A stretch of DNA of 64,000 nucleotides from Amoebidium appalachense (taxonomy: Eukaryota > Protista > Ichthyosporea): positions 3,853,106 through 3,917,105 of the forward strand of contig CAVNZM010000003.1 of the NCBI GenBank assembly GCA_963693365.1, written 5' to 3'. How positions within the stretch are numbered: the first letter of the stretch is position 1; every line of letters starts with the position of its first letter. Both the position numbers and the translations under genes were made by a program. This document shows positions 1 to 33,809 of the stretch, one piece after another. The notes under the pieces were generated by a model. The model did no database searches and was not told the origin of the DNA. It worked only from the letters and a program-made list of their open reading frames with translations.

Positions 1-85
1 TTGTGTGTGTGTGGGGGGGGGGGGGGGGGGGGGGGGGGGAGGGTTGGTGGGTGGGTAGGGGGTGGGGTGGGGTGGTGAGTGGGGG

Positions 86-152
<67 letters not shown>

Positions 153-453
153 CATGTGCGGGTGTGTGTGTGTGTTCATGTGCGGGTGTGTGTGTGTGTT
201 CATGTGCGGGTGTGTGGGTGTGTTCGTGTGTGTGTGTGTGTGTGTTCGTGTGTGTGTGTGTCTCGGGGAGGAGCAGGGGAAGGAGGTATATACATATCGG
301 AGTTTATATCCAGGTGCCCAAATGGTTTTTTCTCTTCATAGTTGAACACAGTCGGTAAAGAGAACAAAATGTTGCAAAAGTTGTGTTCAAAAGAAACACC
401 AAAAAATGCATTGCACAGAAACCCATACAGCACGGGAGATTCTTGACGGGGTT

Positions 454-507
<54 letters not shown>

Positions 508-515
508 GACAGTAC

Positions 516-12478
<11,963 letters not shown>

Positions 12479-13893
12479 TTTCTCGATTAACTTTGTGGGC
12501 CTTGGCGCCCAACTACCTATTTATAAACCGTTGTGTATCAGAGCTTAGAAGCATTTGTCATAACCGTTTTTTTTAGGCCTTAGAACACTTGTCATAAGCT
12601 GCGAACTAATATTACAACGGTGATGTTTGGGCGCTTTTATGAATGTCTTATGAATGCAAACCCAAAACGGGGGGTTCGTGGCTCTTTTCTAAACACTACC
12701 TATTTTTCCGTGTTTTTTCTACTGTTAATAGTGGAACTAACATTGAAAGCAAAGGTGAAAGCTTGTGTCGCTGAAACTGAGCCCGCAGATGAGGCCAACA
12801 ACTGCCGTCGTTCATCCAAATTCAAACTTGACGCTCAAAGACGATCCACCAATCACAACTATTCACTGAGGGTAATCGGTGTTCATGATAACAATGCTTT
12901 AACGTTTAAACATGTTTAACAGCAACTTCAATTGGCTCATCCATTTTCTGATCGGCGTCTAAAAAATCATTTCGAAACCCATTTTAATTTATTGTTTTTA
13001 TTTATGTAATTTTTTTCCCCGACAGATTTACAGTTGAAAATTACTATAAGTCCCCCGAATGTAAGTCTTTTATATTTCGCAGTATTGTTTTCCGGTAAAT
13101 TGACCTCGCCTATCGCGGGTGTGCCACGCGCCCCAGGCTGGCACACAGGCGACTGTGCGACACTCGCATCGTTTCGCTGTGCTTCCAAAGAGTAGAAGTC
13201 AGGGCACCGCCGCTCACCAGTTGCCGTGTTACTCTTGTGTTTGGAGGTAAAAAAAATTATAGAATAAATACTGGAGAAATGAGAAAGTGTAGTATAAGAG
13301 AACGTTTCATTAGTGACCTTCCTTGTGCACCAGTTCGCAGTTTTTGGAATGTTTTGGCGGGCATAGGAGTATATACACACAACCAGCTTCAATATTCGTT
13401 GGGAGCACACATTTCTACGCACCCTATACTTGGAACCAGTAGTAATGTGACCATGTTTTCGTTATCGAAGAAAATGAATGAAAATCTGGAGGAAGGACCA
13501 TCGTGCCATGTTTACAGGGAGAAAGAGAGAGAGACAGACACACGTGAGGGTGACACATCTGCCCTGTTTGCACGGGCAAGGCGGGGGCACAACGCGTTTT
13601 CTGCTCATGATATGCCTGTATTTTTTTTTCTTCCAATCACCAGCTTCAAGACACTGAAATTTCATCGGGTAACATGGGTTGTTCATTAACGCATGGGTGT
13701 GTGCGGGAGGTGTGCCTTGCTTACTTTTTGTGCCTGTGGGTCTGTGGGGGCATGGATGTGAGAGAGGGGGAAACGTGAGATAGGTGGGGGAAGAGAGGGG
13801 GGAGGGCGGGCGAGATATACGTTTTTGCAGATACACATGTAGCACCAGCACTCACCACTACATCCACAACACAGGTTTTCTGCTTTCTTCACA
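12479..13893. promoter_or_regulatory. Divergent intergenic/promoter region between kinesin-5 and ATP synthase b, probably with a 5' UTR intron ending at 13874
   Basis: Head-to-head starts at 12478(-) and 13894(+). The region is largely microsatellite-free, and acacag at 13869-13874 lies just before the ATG. No TSS is identifiable from sequence. Confidence 0.35.
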
Positions 13894-14776
13894 ATGGCTT
13901 CTCTCGTAAGAGCAACTGGTGAGTCTGCCCCCCTCCCCCCTCCCTCCTCACCCCTTCACTCCACGCTCCATCCTGCTCCCCGTGCGAAGCTATGTCCATC
14001 CCTTTCCTTGTGTGTTTAACGCATGCACATGAGGACGTCAGTTGAACAGCCACAGAAAACGAGCGACGAAACCTTTCTCATAGCTTCTTGTTGTTTATTT
14101 CTTCGTTGCCGGTTTGCCTACCTTTATAATTTACTTCGGTGCATTGCCCCGGGCACTGGCGGGGTTGAGGATAATGGGTCATGTTTAAACACACACACAT
14201 ACATACACACACACACACACACGTACACACACACACAAGGTACCATTGGATACTTGGTTGCCCCTTTTTCCCGTTGTTTGTTTTTTTTGGTCTTTTCTTT
14301 TTTATTAACTTTCTTGTGTGGGGGGGGGAGAAGGGGTCCATGAGTGTGTGGGCGGGTAGGGGGGAGGGTATGGTTGGGGCATTTGAGGGCAGGGAGGGGA
14401 GGAGGGGGGGGGGGGATAGGAGGAGGGGCAGGGGGAGGTTTTGGCTGTCTGGTTTGCTTACGCACAACTGCACACAGGTGCTGCCAGAGCCGCCCTCCGG
14501 GCCCAGGCTGCTGCCCCCAGGTATGCCTGCTTGTGCACACGTGTGTGTGTGTGTGTGTGTGTGTGTGAGCCTGCATATGCGCGCACGTGTATGTGTAGGT
14601 TTGTGTGACACGTGTGCGTTCGTATGGTTTTGTGTGTAGACGGATGTGTTTTACTGAGTGTGCTTTTTCCTGTTTGGGGGGGGGGGGGGGGGGGGGGGGG
14701 CTTGCGTACCTGAGAATGAGTGTATGGTGAGGTACATTGGACGGTCGTTGTGTTGTTGGGGGGGGGAAATAGGTGC

Positions 14777-14817
<41 letters not shown>

Positions 14818-16512
14818 AGATGTTCACTATATTGTTACCTGCAGCGCGCTTGCCGTTGCTGCCCGCAGACTCTCCCAGACCCCCGCCAAGAAGGAAGGTG
14901 GGTGACTCTAGTCCTGGAGTCTTGCTCGGAGTTCTTAAATGTATTTTCATATTAAGATGATGATTTTTTAATATTTTAGGTTAGTATGTTTCGTCTCTTG
15001 ACTTGCCCTTGTGATGGTATTTATGGGAGCACGGAACTGTGGACTCAACCGAAAAGCGAGAGAACGGTGCTGTGGCCAGTGTGCAGTGATGGTACACAGG
15101 ACACTCCCACTCTCCCTCTCCCTCTCCCTCTCCCTCTCTCCCTCTCTCCCTCCCTCTCCCTCTCTCTCCCTTTCTCTCCCTCCCTCCCTCCCTCACCCCC
15201 CCCCCAATCACTCCTGGAGGGGTGCGGCGCCAGCCCTTCTTACACATGTGGGCACACCACCACCAGAGATGTCCGAAATATCCTTATCTTACCACATTTA
15301 TCCGTGCCTGCATGGTTTTTGGTGTGCCTGTCTGGATGGGTGGATGGATGAGAAAGTAGAGTGAGACATTCGTTTCGCGCGCTCTGCTTGGTGGTGTTTT
15401 TCTTGTTTTGTTTTTTTTTTGTTTTTTTTTCTTTGGGGGGGGGGGGGGGGGGGAGGGGACATGCCATGATTTCGGGAAGTATGTTGGTGTGCGTGTTTGT
15501 TTCGTTGAGTGGTGTGGCTTTGTGTTTTTACTTCTTCGGTGCCTGTGCGTGTGTGTGCGTGTGCTTGCCATCAACATTTTGAGGGAGCAAATTATTCACT
15601 CTGTGGGTGTTTTTTCTGTTTGCAGAGGCAGCCCCCGGCCTGTTTAACCGCATCCTGGCTGGCAAGACCGGCAAGACCGGCTCCCTGGTCCTCTCTGCAG
15701 GTATGTGATGTCACACACACACACACACACACACAGGCATACACACGCACACACTCACATTCACACTCAAACTCAAACTCACGCGCATGCACGCACGACG
15801 TGGCACAGCCAACGGACGGGTGGTGGTGGAAGGTCTGTAGGGATGAACATGTCAATACGGCACTATGCAGATACACAAAAAAAAAACGGGGGTTTGCGCA
15901 TGTGTGGGTGTGTTCAATCAACCGACTTTCCTATGGTTGCACCTCGATCCCTCCCCTAGACCTCCTGTGAAAAACGACTGGTTTTTTGATTTCACCAACA
16001 CTAATATACCAACACGTGTGCAATCTTTTTGGGGTTCAAATGGTGTAGGTCGATATCTCTTTTATGAAACTGAGGTACATGTTAAGGTTCCATTATCGTT
16101 ATCTGGCGTGTGTGTTGTGCAGACCGATCTCTCTGGTTTAGACAATGTGTTATAATTGGTTAACACCTTTTTTATGAACTGGCATTTGTTTATGGCACAC
16201 TGCCTTCAAGACAAATATAATCAATTATTGTATAGACAAAGGTTTATCACACGTTGTTAAGGTTAACGTGCCATGAAAACTGATTAGTATCCTCGACCTG
16301 CATGGGTATGGTGCCGGTCGATACCCAATCGCTGACATATATCCATGTGTGTATGGTGCAGGTCTGCTTGCCACCGCGCTGTCCAAGGAGTACATCCTTT
16401 TCCATGAGGAGACCGTTGTTGTTGTGAGCTTTGCTGCTCTCCTCTACACCATCTACAGGACCGCTGGCTCAGACATTGCCGCCGGCCTGGATGCCAGGGC
16501 TCAGGTGTGTTT

Positions 16513-16546
<34 letters not shown>

Positions 16547-16621
16547 GTGTGTGGGGGGGGGGGGGGGGGGGGGGGCATAGTTGGGAAAAGGAGGGATTGC
16601 CCCCCCCCCACACACACACGC

Positions 16622-16662
<41 letters not shown>

Positions 16663-16715
16663 CAGACGGTGTCCTTCATATGTGGTTTTTGTACGGTGTA
16701 GTGTATGGTAACACC

Positions 16716-16753
<38 letters not shown>

Positions 16754-17390
16754 CCCCCCCCCCTCTCCCCCCCTCTCTCTCTCTCTCTCTCCTCCCCCTT
16801 CATCCGGCATTCCTGTCCACCATGACACACCCGTCGATACACGCAAGCATACACATACACCCGCAAACGTACATAAGCACATGTACACGTGCACACGCAC
16901 ACACACACACGTACACCCACAGGATATTCTCAAGACCCTGCGCAAGGGCAAGGAGGCTCAGAGGTCGGCCCTCGAGGAGGCCATCCGGGGGGAGAAGAAG
17001 TACGAAGGCCTGGACGAGACCGTCAACATGATCTACGACGTGCAGCAGGTATGCTTTCTTTAACGCCCGCCTCTTAAAGAACCGGCAAGACATAGCCAGT
17101 TTGCTCTAACTCTCCGTCATTTATGTGTGACCGAAACACCCTGGCGTGATTTCAGGTCTATGTCGGCCTTTCTCGATGTTCAATGATGTCATGTTGACGT
17201 CAATCGCTGACGTCATTGGGTCGCTCACGGCCGGTCGATGCCGATAAAATCGAGCGCACATATTACTCCCTCCCCACCCCCTTCCTCCCTCCCTCCCTCC
17301 CCTCTCTCTCCCTCCCTCCCTCCACATAAAACCTGCCTGAATCATGCAAACAGATACACTCGTACACACGTGTGTGCGCGCACACGCGCG

Positions 17391-17427
<37 letters not shown>

Positions 17428-17494
17428 GCATGCATGTACACATCATGCAGGTTAACAAACGCTGGCGCACCCGAGCCCATTCGCTCGCGTCACC

Positions 17495-17532
<38 letters not shown>

Positions 17533-18079
17533 CTTCAACGATGACAGGTTCGTGGTCAAGCACAGAACGTTCGCACCCTCACATTTACTCGCCTAGTCAC
17601 TCGCTTTTTTCACATACACTCACGTGCTCGTTCACACGCACATTCCCCTCCCCCTCTTCCCCCCGGAGGATGGGCTCTGCTTATGTTGCATAATATGCGT
17701 GTTGCTGATGTTGCATACTGTGCGTGTTGCTTTTGTTGCATACTTGAAAGTTTGCCTTTCCGTGTGTCCTGCACATTGTTTCTCATAGTGTAGTTGTATG
17801 GTCGTACCGTGTTCCACGTTCTTACGAACCCCCCCCCCACCCCCCCCCCCCCCCCCCCCCCCCCCCCCGCCCCCGCCCCGCCCCTTCTTCCCCCTCTTTC
17901 AAACATGCCAACACACACAAACATATGCACCAACACTCATACAACCACACACCACGCTATACCCAGCCCGGTTCTCCCCCACCCCCCACCCCCTCCCTCC
18001 CCTCGTCATCCACAAATACACACACACACACCCATACGACACACACACACACACGCACACACAACCCTCCCCCTCCCTC

Positions 18080-18135
<56 letters not shown>

Positions 18136-18178
18136 ATCCCCACTTCACCCCACCCCACCGTACCCCCTCCCCCTCCCC

Positions 18179-18244
<66 letters not shown>

Positions 18245-19036
18245 ACGTCAACGACCTTGGTCTGGAGGTCAAGCACCGTGCCATGCAGCACAATGCGGCC
18301 GAGACCCTCACCCAGCGCCTGAACACCATCGTCAACCTGGAGGCTAAGGTCCGCAACGCACAGCAAGACCTCTTGGTCAGCGAGCTCGAAAAGGCCGTGC
18401 TCGCACACTACAGCTCGCAGAAGGTGCGTGGGTGGGTGGGTGTTTTTTTTTTTTTTTTTTTTTTGTGTGTGGGGGGGGGGGGGGGGGGGGTTGTGGGTGT
18501 AGGTGAGGGGGTGTTCTTTTTGGGGGGGGGGGAGGGGGGGATGAAAGAGCTTCAGGGTGTCCTCGTTTATCAACAGTGTGCAGATGTGGTGTGTGTGTGT
18601 GCGTGTGTGCGCATGCCTGTTTAGTAGGCAGCTATGTTAATACGTGTTTGCGAGTTTTTTATGTTTCGGCGGCACTAAGGGGGGGAGGGGGGAAGGGGGG
18701 GGAGTGCGGGCTGTGGTTAGGTAAGTGTGCTGGAGCACATTTTCAAACAAACATTCCAGCGATGGTTGGTTGGGTGGGTTGTATTTGTTTGTCTGGTATT
18801 GCCAGGGTGTGGGTGGGGCGGTGGTTGTGTCTGTGTACTGTGTGTGTTTGAGCGTCTGTGTGTGTGTGTGTGTGTGTGTGTTTGTCTGTGTGCATGCGTG
18901 TTTTTGCAGCTTTTGTATTATTCATCTTTTAGAGTTCCCTGATATTTGGCTTTTTTTCCCCTAACTTATATTTCCAATGCAGGACGATGCGCTGGTCAAG
19001 TCAGCAATCGACGCTCTCGGCAGCGTCAAGATCTAA
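13894..19036 (+). CDS. ATP5PB: Mitochondrial ATP synthase F0 peripheral-stalk subunit b (ATP5PB/ATP5F1, yeast ATP4), ~232 aa
   Basis: 8 phase-consistent GT-AG exons: 13894-13918, 14478-14520, 14845-14897, 15626-15700, 16362-16504, 16923-17048, 18244-18423, 18983-19036 (TAA). Ala/Arg-rich presequence ([18 protein letters not shown]...), family motif KTGKTG...[18 protein letters not shown], helical C-terminus ...[17 protein letters not shown]...[10 protein letters not shown]. Confidence 0.93.
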
Positions 19037-21094
19037 ACACTTCCCGCCCATCCACGCTTTTCCTCCCCCATAACTATAATAAACTCAGGCCGCCGTGTAC
19101 AGAATCTGTGGTTGCTGTTGCATGCATGTACAAGTGCATGTGTGTGTGTGTGCGTGTGCGTGTGTTTTAATGTCGTGGTTAAGTTTTACAACATTGTTAG
19201 TACAGCTTCTGAAAACGTTCAACGTGAATGTGGCTGCCACGGTGCTTACGGGTGCATGTGTTGTGCAGTGCGTGCTGCCCGTGGAAAGGAAAAGGACCTG
19301 GTATATATTGCTGGTGGTTGGACATTATCGGGAGAGTCGTGTATGTATTGTCTGGCTGAGGCATAACGGTTCGACATTGTGTGTGTGTGTGTATGTGCAT
19401 GTGCATGTGTGCGTGTGCGCGCGCGTGTGTGTGTGGCGATTTGGGTCACCGGGATGGATCAATTCATGGGTTTCCCTGCAGCTGTACGTGTACGCCCCCC
19501 GTACCACAAATGTAACAACATAGGCCCATTTTGTTTTTGTGGAGTACATGTACCGTGATTCGTCTCTCCGTCGACCCTTCATAACGTGCATAACGGTAGT
19601 GGCATAATAGAGCGTCGGGCAACATGCGTTCAGGAGGCTACAGGCTAGCTGTGTTGGCCATGGCCATCACTCGCGGGGTTGTGCACGTGCGCACCGGACG
19701 TACCGCACGTATGTATACAGTATTTTTTTTGTTATTAGACCTAGACCGAGCGCTCGCACCATGTCTTACGTGCAAGCATCGTGAGCACTTTCTCTATTGT
19801 ATTACTGCCATGAAAAAACTTAGTTGCTACATGAGTGCTCACGTGCCCGGCGCCGCTCACGTCTATTTCCGGCGAGTCGCAAAGTTTTCGCGGGCAGAAA
19901 CGCGACTCAAGCTTGGCCAACCCATACTGTAGGTGGCAAAGTCTTTGGGAAATTTCAAAAACCTATGGGCGGATTCGGACTTGATGAAATATTATGCACA
20001 TCATGATAGTGTTACGGCCTCTATGTATAGTGCAATTGAGAATTCCACGAATCATACAAACATAAAGCAGAATTCTGCGCCACTCAACACCAACACCCCG
20101 TTCTGCGTGTCGTTTCTTGTCGTTTCTCGTTTGTATGTCATGTGCGCACCCAATCTACAGATACGCTCTAGGCCAATAATAATGTTGCTTTGAGAAGGGC
20201 AAATTCGAATATCAATAAAAAAAAGGATGGGCCCAGTTTTACCTGAATTCCAAGCATATAATTAATCACCTACAATATCCGACTCCTGGTCAGCCCGGCC
20301 TTGATATCGAAATCTGGAGGTGTTTTGCCATCCTCGGAGCATGTTGCAGCTAATTGGCTAAGAATGCACCATGGCGGGAAGATCTGCGAGCCATGTGCTG
20401 AAGTTGTGCCTGAAAGGCTTGGTGGGCGGCACGCGTCCCAAAAGAGCTTACAGCCCTCCAGGGAGTTATGGCTTATTGTTGTCTGTAGCCTAAACAAAAA
20501 TTATGCATTGGAATCATTTATTATAATAACGTAGGTTTTCGATATACCAAGAGCCGGTGTCCCTCTTATTATCAATTAGTGTTCTTGGTGCATGCATGTC
20601 AGGATCTGCATTAGCAGCGTATGTCAGTGTGTGACCCCTTCTTCAGAAATTCTCTTCAGTGGCCCATCCTTGCACATAGATCTATGTTTCTTCCTGGACA
20701 CGTCCACCGTTATAACGGTCCTATATTCCTGCTATATTTGTATGATTATTTCGCGAGAAAGTAACTTTATACCGGTACCGTACCGCCTGCCAGTAGTTGT
20801 TTGAGTTCATATTGTACAAGCAATTGCAAACTCAGCAATCATGAGTTATACACAGAAAGAACCAATATTTAAGGAAATTAGGAACTAAAAAAGAAACAGC
20901 CAGAGCACTGTGAAACGGCAGTCAAAATTCACTCTCTGCAAACAAGTCCCGCGCAATACATCCACCCGGTCACAAACGTTTTTGCGAAAGGTTTCCCGTT
21001 GTTGTTGATGCCAAGGTTTTGAACTTTTCATCACCTGTTCTTCTTGCATCACAATAGTGAAATACACCACACCAATACCCTTATAACTTAAAAA

Positions 21095-27993
<6,899 letters not shown>

Positions 27994-28381
27994 TTTCTCT
28001 TTTTTTTATGTTCGCTAAAGAATATTTATAGGTTAGTTTTTGGAATTTATTTGAGATCATGTGAAAAATTGTTTGCTTGCTTCACCGTGACAATCTAAAT
28101 GTCACTTTTATCAAACTAATGTGCTATGGTCGTCATCTGATTGGTTTTTAGTCGTGGTGGCTGCTGGTTGAATCATAGTAATGAATACATTCGCTTGGAT
28201 GTGTCTTTGTTAAGTGTTAATTTGATGTGTGGTGCAGTATGTAACCATTTATGGCTGTGTTTAGAGAGCTGACCGGAAATTAGTTCTGGTCTGGGTAGTA
28301 GAGTGTCTGTGTGGCAGTGGTGGTGGTGGTGGTGGTGGGGGGGGGGGGGGGGGGGGGGGGGGAAGGGGGGGGGGGAACGGG

Positions 28382-28413
<32 letters not shown>

Positions 28414-29574
28414 CAAGTTTATGCCATCGGACTCGACGGTGTAGATGTGTGCGTTTACGTGTGTATTTGTGTGTGGGGGCGGGTGGGCCGCTGGGGTGGT
28501 AGGGCGGGCGAGGCACGGGGGCGGGCGAGCGGGCAGGTAAGGGGAGGGGGGGGGGGGGGGTTGCATTCTTTCTTTTGTTGCTTCTGTGTTTTTTTTATTG
28601 GAGCAGAGAGAGGGAGAAGGGGAGAGGGAGGGGGGGGGAGGGGGGGGGGGGAGGTAGGAGAGGACCGATGGCTTAGCCTGCGGGGGTCAACGGACTTTGT
28701 TTTTGGCCTGAGTTAATTATCGTAAGGGTATTAGGTAATAATGCCCAGAATGACTGAACTTCGGCTTCAATGTTTAATAGATTATGAATATTGGAAATAT
28801 TCCATCTGGCAATAAACCATGTATGCCTCAATCCGGCTCTTTATTTTCGTTTTTCCTCGCAATTCTATTGTAGGTAAAGACCATAAATTATGCCAATGGG
28901 CGACAATCCCCCCCCCCCCCCTCCCCCCCGCCCCCTCCCCCCCCCCCCCGGCCCCAACATAATTCGAGTCGTTCATTAGCATCACCACCACCTTGGCAAT
29001 GGTTGTTTTAGAGTAACGTTAAAGCTAGTAGTGCATGTCAGGCCTAGATATGTTTTTATAAAATCAAAAAAAAAAAGCAGGCATATTCGACCAATTTGAA
29101 AACAATATCATCGGGGCCGCAGGTGATGCCTTAAGCAATGATACCCTTATGGCGATTGCTAGCTCAAAGATTTCATTATAACGGTTCGTAATAACATCTA
29201 AAGTGTCATCTTTAGCTAGCGCTAAAGTCTCGCACATCCTATCTATAAGTGCAAGTGCTCTGCTGCATACCCCCTCCCCCCCCCCCCCTCCCCCCGGCAC
29301 CCTCCTCTCCCTCCCCTCCCCCCCCCCCCCCCCCCCAAACAGCAGGAGGGGGAGAGGGGGAGGACCCCCCTGTTCGAGGGGGTGGTGTGTCTCCTCCCGC
29401 TGACCGCCGGGGTGGTAGACCCCCCCCCCACTCTCCCCCCTCCCCTCCCCTCTCAAACCCCCCCCCCCCCCCCTTCCTCCTCCCCTGCCCTCCCCCCCCA
29501 CCTCCCCCGCGGAAAGTCCCACGGTTCCCTCCCAGCCGTGCCTGCGCACCCCTCTCTTTATTTTCCTCTGAAGC

Positions 29575-29625
<51 letters not shown>

Positions 29626-30534
29626 AAAAACCACCACCCCCACCACCATCACCAACAGTTACCTCTTCCCTTCGTTTTGCCCAATGCTTCCAATTTTGTT
29701 TGGGAAGAGCTATCGTGCACAACATGTGCGTGTGTATGAGCGTTCGCGTCCGCGACTTGTGTGCCATGTAGACGTGTGTTGTCAGTAAAGTGGGCGTGTT
29801 TGACTGCATGTACATGCTCAAAACATACAGCACTGCCAATCAGTCTGTAGTGGTCTGTGTAATTAAACGTCGTGCCACATGTGCCAGTTCTATGGACCCA
29901 ATCCGCAAGAATGTGCGCTATGTACATGGCATTGCACGTGTGTGCCAGACAAGAGGGTGTGTATACATGTGTGGCCCACGGTGTCGCAGTGATGTTTGTG
30001 TGTTGGTGATGTATGCATGATCATGTGCTCTACCGGGAGAGAAGAAGGGGGGGGGGGTGGGGGGGTGGGGGGGGGGTGGGGGAAGGATAAAGAGAAGAGA
30101 GATGGGTTGCTGGGGTCGGAGGGTGGGTGGGTGGGTGGTGGGGGGCTGGCGGGGGGAGGGAGGGGGGGGGGGGGGGGGGGGGGGCGGATAAAGGTAGTAA
30201 GAAAGAAAGCAGTGATTCAGAAAGTGTGCCACGTGTGCGTGTACGCATCATTATGTGCCACCACCAAGATCAGCATCTATTACCCTGCAGCAGTCTGTGA
30301 GCATGCCGGAGAGTGTGCACCCGTGTGCGTATGCCTGCGGGCGCATACGTGTTTATGTGCGTGCTACGTGTGTGCGTGCCTGTGTGCACGATTTATGGTT
30401 TTGTTTTTCTCTTGGCTATCCTGTTTAGTGTGTGTGTGCGTGACTGTGTCCGTGCAGTACATATATGCGTGTGCGTGTGCGTGTGCGCACGTGTTGGTGT
30501 GTATATTTTGGTGGGTGGGTGTATGTGCGCGCGT

Positions 30535-30565
<31 letters not shown>

Positions 30566-31240
30566 GGGGGGGAGGGGGGGGAGTGGGGATGCCTAGCTAG
30601 TGTAAGTAGGTCATGATCACCGAGCTTGATAAAATTAGAGGCTGTGATGATTATATAGTTAATATAGAGCAGCAATACGGTATGGCATTATAATTTAAGT
30701 TGAAGTCCAGTATATACAGACTCATGATTAGCCATTTTTGCGTAGGCCCTCCCATGGTGATGGTGGGTCCCCCCAGGCCCACCCACCCACCCACCCACCC
30801 ACCTCCCCCCCCCCTCCCCCCCTCCCCCTCCCCCCTCCCCCCTCCCCTCCCCCCCCCCCCCCCCCCCCCCCCCCCCAACCACCACCACCACCACCACCAC
30901 CATTTACTACACCCGAGGCTCCCCGTTTCAAAATCAGACAGGCCCAACATGGCACCGTCATTACACATGTGCATGCGTCTGATCCACACGCTCACATCAT
31001 TCCCGGCCACGCACCCCTCGCGCTTTGAAGCTTATTAATGACATGAATGAACAACCGTACACAACGTGACTAACATGTAGCTGGGCTGTACTGGTCTCGC
31101 TGGCAGCAGCCGCATGTTATTCTGCCCCTACCCCCTCCCCCCACTCCCCCTCAGCCCTCCACCCCCCCCCCCCCCCCCCCCCCCCCAACTTCCCCACCGA
31201 CTCTCCCCTCGCAGCTGCCCTCCCGTCCCCCCACACACAT

Positions 31241-31324
<84 letters not shown>

Positions 31325-32589
31325 CCACCCCCATTTGTCCCCCCCCCCCCCCCTCCCACCCACACACACCCAAGCCCTCCGCTTCCCCGCAGCCCTTCCC
31401 CCCCCCCCCCCCCCCCCTTCCCCCCCCACCCCACCTCCCCCCCCCCTCCCCCCTGTTCCCCCTCCGCACACACACACACACCGCAAATCGACTCCCATCC
31501 TCAATATCAGACAACCTTGTCCACGCCGCATCTACACGTACGTACATGTACAGCCACAGTCACCCACGTGCCCGTGACCGTGACCTACCGAACGGATTTG
31601 TGTACGCCGTGATGCACATGAAAGTTTTTCTTTTCACTTTTTGAAATTCATTTATTTATGTATCTAGAATTGGGGGAATGTGCTGTTTATTAACGACATG
31701 TGGGCTGTCCGTTTAATCGATCAGGCTGGGTCATCAAATTTGCATGTTCAGCTGCAGTGCCCGGCCCCGGGCTGTAGTAACGCGTACTTATCCGTCAAGT
31801 AGTTCGAACATTACAAACACTTCGTCATTAAAAACGTCGAATTCGAAGCTCGGTAAGGGGATGAAGTACTGCATTGGCGAGCTCATTACAGACTGAACAA
31901 GCATGTGCACCTGGCACCTAGATTGAAACATTTACTGATCCGCATAAAAATGGTATCATGAGATCATGGCTTGGAATTGTGCACGTGGCCATGGTATGGT
32001 ACCCCTAAGACTTCTGAATCACCACGTGCTCGATAGGTTACTTCCAACTTTTCACTCAATGGCTCTACCACAGCCAAAAATATATCAAAAACTAACCCCT
32101 GAAAAAGGCTGTTGGCTCTATTAAGGCCATCCAGGCAGGGGAAAAGTTGACAAAAAGGCACCAGCCAAAAACGAATTTCACCCTGACCGCAAACACTCGG
32201 CTCGCGTGACCCGCACACCATGTACAACCCGACCTTGTTCACGGAGTCACCCGAAAAGTTCGCCCACAGATATATACACATGGGTTCATGCAACTGTGTG
32301 TGTGCATCACATGATTGCATGTAAGTGGAAAAGACCTTTCATACCGACTAGATTTTTCTCTTGCAAGCTCGTGCCCCATGCACACATACATAGCCTAAGT
32401 TATGGATGCGCCCTAATGTTGTTGTACTTGAAACTGGCAGACATGTGAAGCTTCTTCGTCCCCTTGCCGTTCTACTAGACGTGCGTTTTTTTTTTGCCTA
32501 GGAATCAGGGCGTGGGATACAACAGTAACAGCCTGCCCCTTACAACTGACAGACAACTATATTAGACTAAGTGTTGAATGGATGAAAAA

Positions 32590-33767
32590 ATGTCTCTACA
32601 CGTTGTAGATTTACAGCTTAGTGGGCCAGTTTTCGGCTCGCCCGAACTCGCCCCCTGTCCTCAACCGGACGAATACAAGCCCTTACAGCTGCTGTTTATT
32701 CAAACGGTCCTTTCATCTCACCTGTTGCAATTCTTACAACATGTATCCTAATTGCTATGTATTGGAGAAAACGCAGACAGTTTCCGATTTCTGAACAATG
32801 GCCCGTCCACACAGTTGTTCTCTGCAGGGCGGCGGTTTTTTTCACGTTGATTCAGCTGATTTGTAGTGTGCAGTGGTACGGCCACACTACAAACGTCATT
32901 TCCATGGGATCGTGCGGTTTCGTTTCCGAATATGGCCGCTACACAAACACGACAACCGGGGAGGAAGTCGCCTTCGCCAAGAAAAACTACCTTTTGGCTC
33001 TGTTTTTGACCTTTTCCTCGTGGCACATTTGCGTCTTTGCCGTGTGCTTCATTTTCGCTGCACGGTGCCTCAAGGTTTACCTTAACCACTACAACACAAT
33101 CTCCCTGCGCCACCTTAATGCTTCTCGGCGCGCCTCTAGATCTTCTGATAGCCATGCCACTGCATCAAGAAATTCGTTGGCATCGGTGACCGTCCATGCG
33201 GCAAATGCATCAAGTCCCATTCTGTTCCCTTCAAACCACATCGCTTTGTCAGACGCAAAGCCCAAAAGGTTGGCAGCCCCTCTTATTCTCCCCCACAACC
33301 CCCACCACCACCACTCCCCTCCCCCCCCCTCCTCCCCACCCCCTCCCTCTCCCCCTTCCTCCTCCCCTCCTCCCCCCCCCCCCCCCCCCCCCCCCCCCGC
33401 GAAACCAAAAAAAAAAAAAAAAAAAAAACCAAAAAAAAACCTTCTTCCTCTTTTCTGCTCCTCACATCACACGATTTTGTGTTTTTCAAAGTATGTTGCA
33501 CATTTTGAAGATATAATATGCAGTGGTTTTGCGCTGTATTGCTTTGGATATTCTTTTCTTTTTTCTTTTTTCTTTTTTCATTTTTTTTATTTTTTGATTT
33601 GAGCGGGAGAGGAGGGTGGAGGGGGGGAGGGGAGGGGGGGTGGGTGGGTGGGTGGGTGGGTGGGTGGGGGGGGGAGGGGGGGGGGGACGGTACTGCGGGA
33701 GCGAAGGGAATAGGCGCAGGTGGGGCAGGAAGACCAAAACATTGTGCTAAGTACTAACAATATCTCC

Positions 33768-33809
<42 letters not shown>

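Noticed and set aside
12500-12512. E2F-like TTGGCGCC upstream of kinesin-5
   Set aside because: Short imperfect match only ~25 nt from the ATG; not supportable.
19540-21050. Short ORFs on both strands in unique intergenic DNA
   Set aside because: No recognisable motifs and no consistent exon chain.
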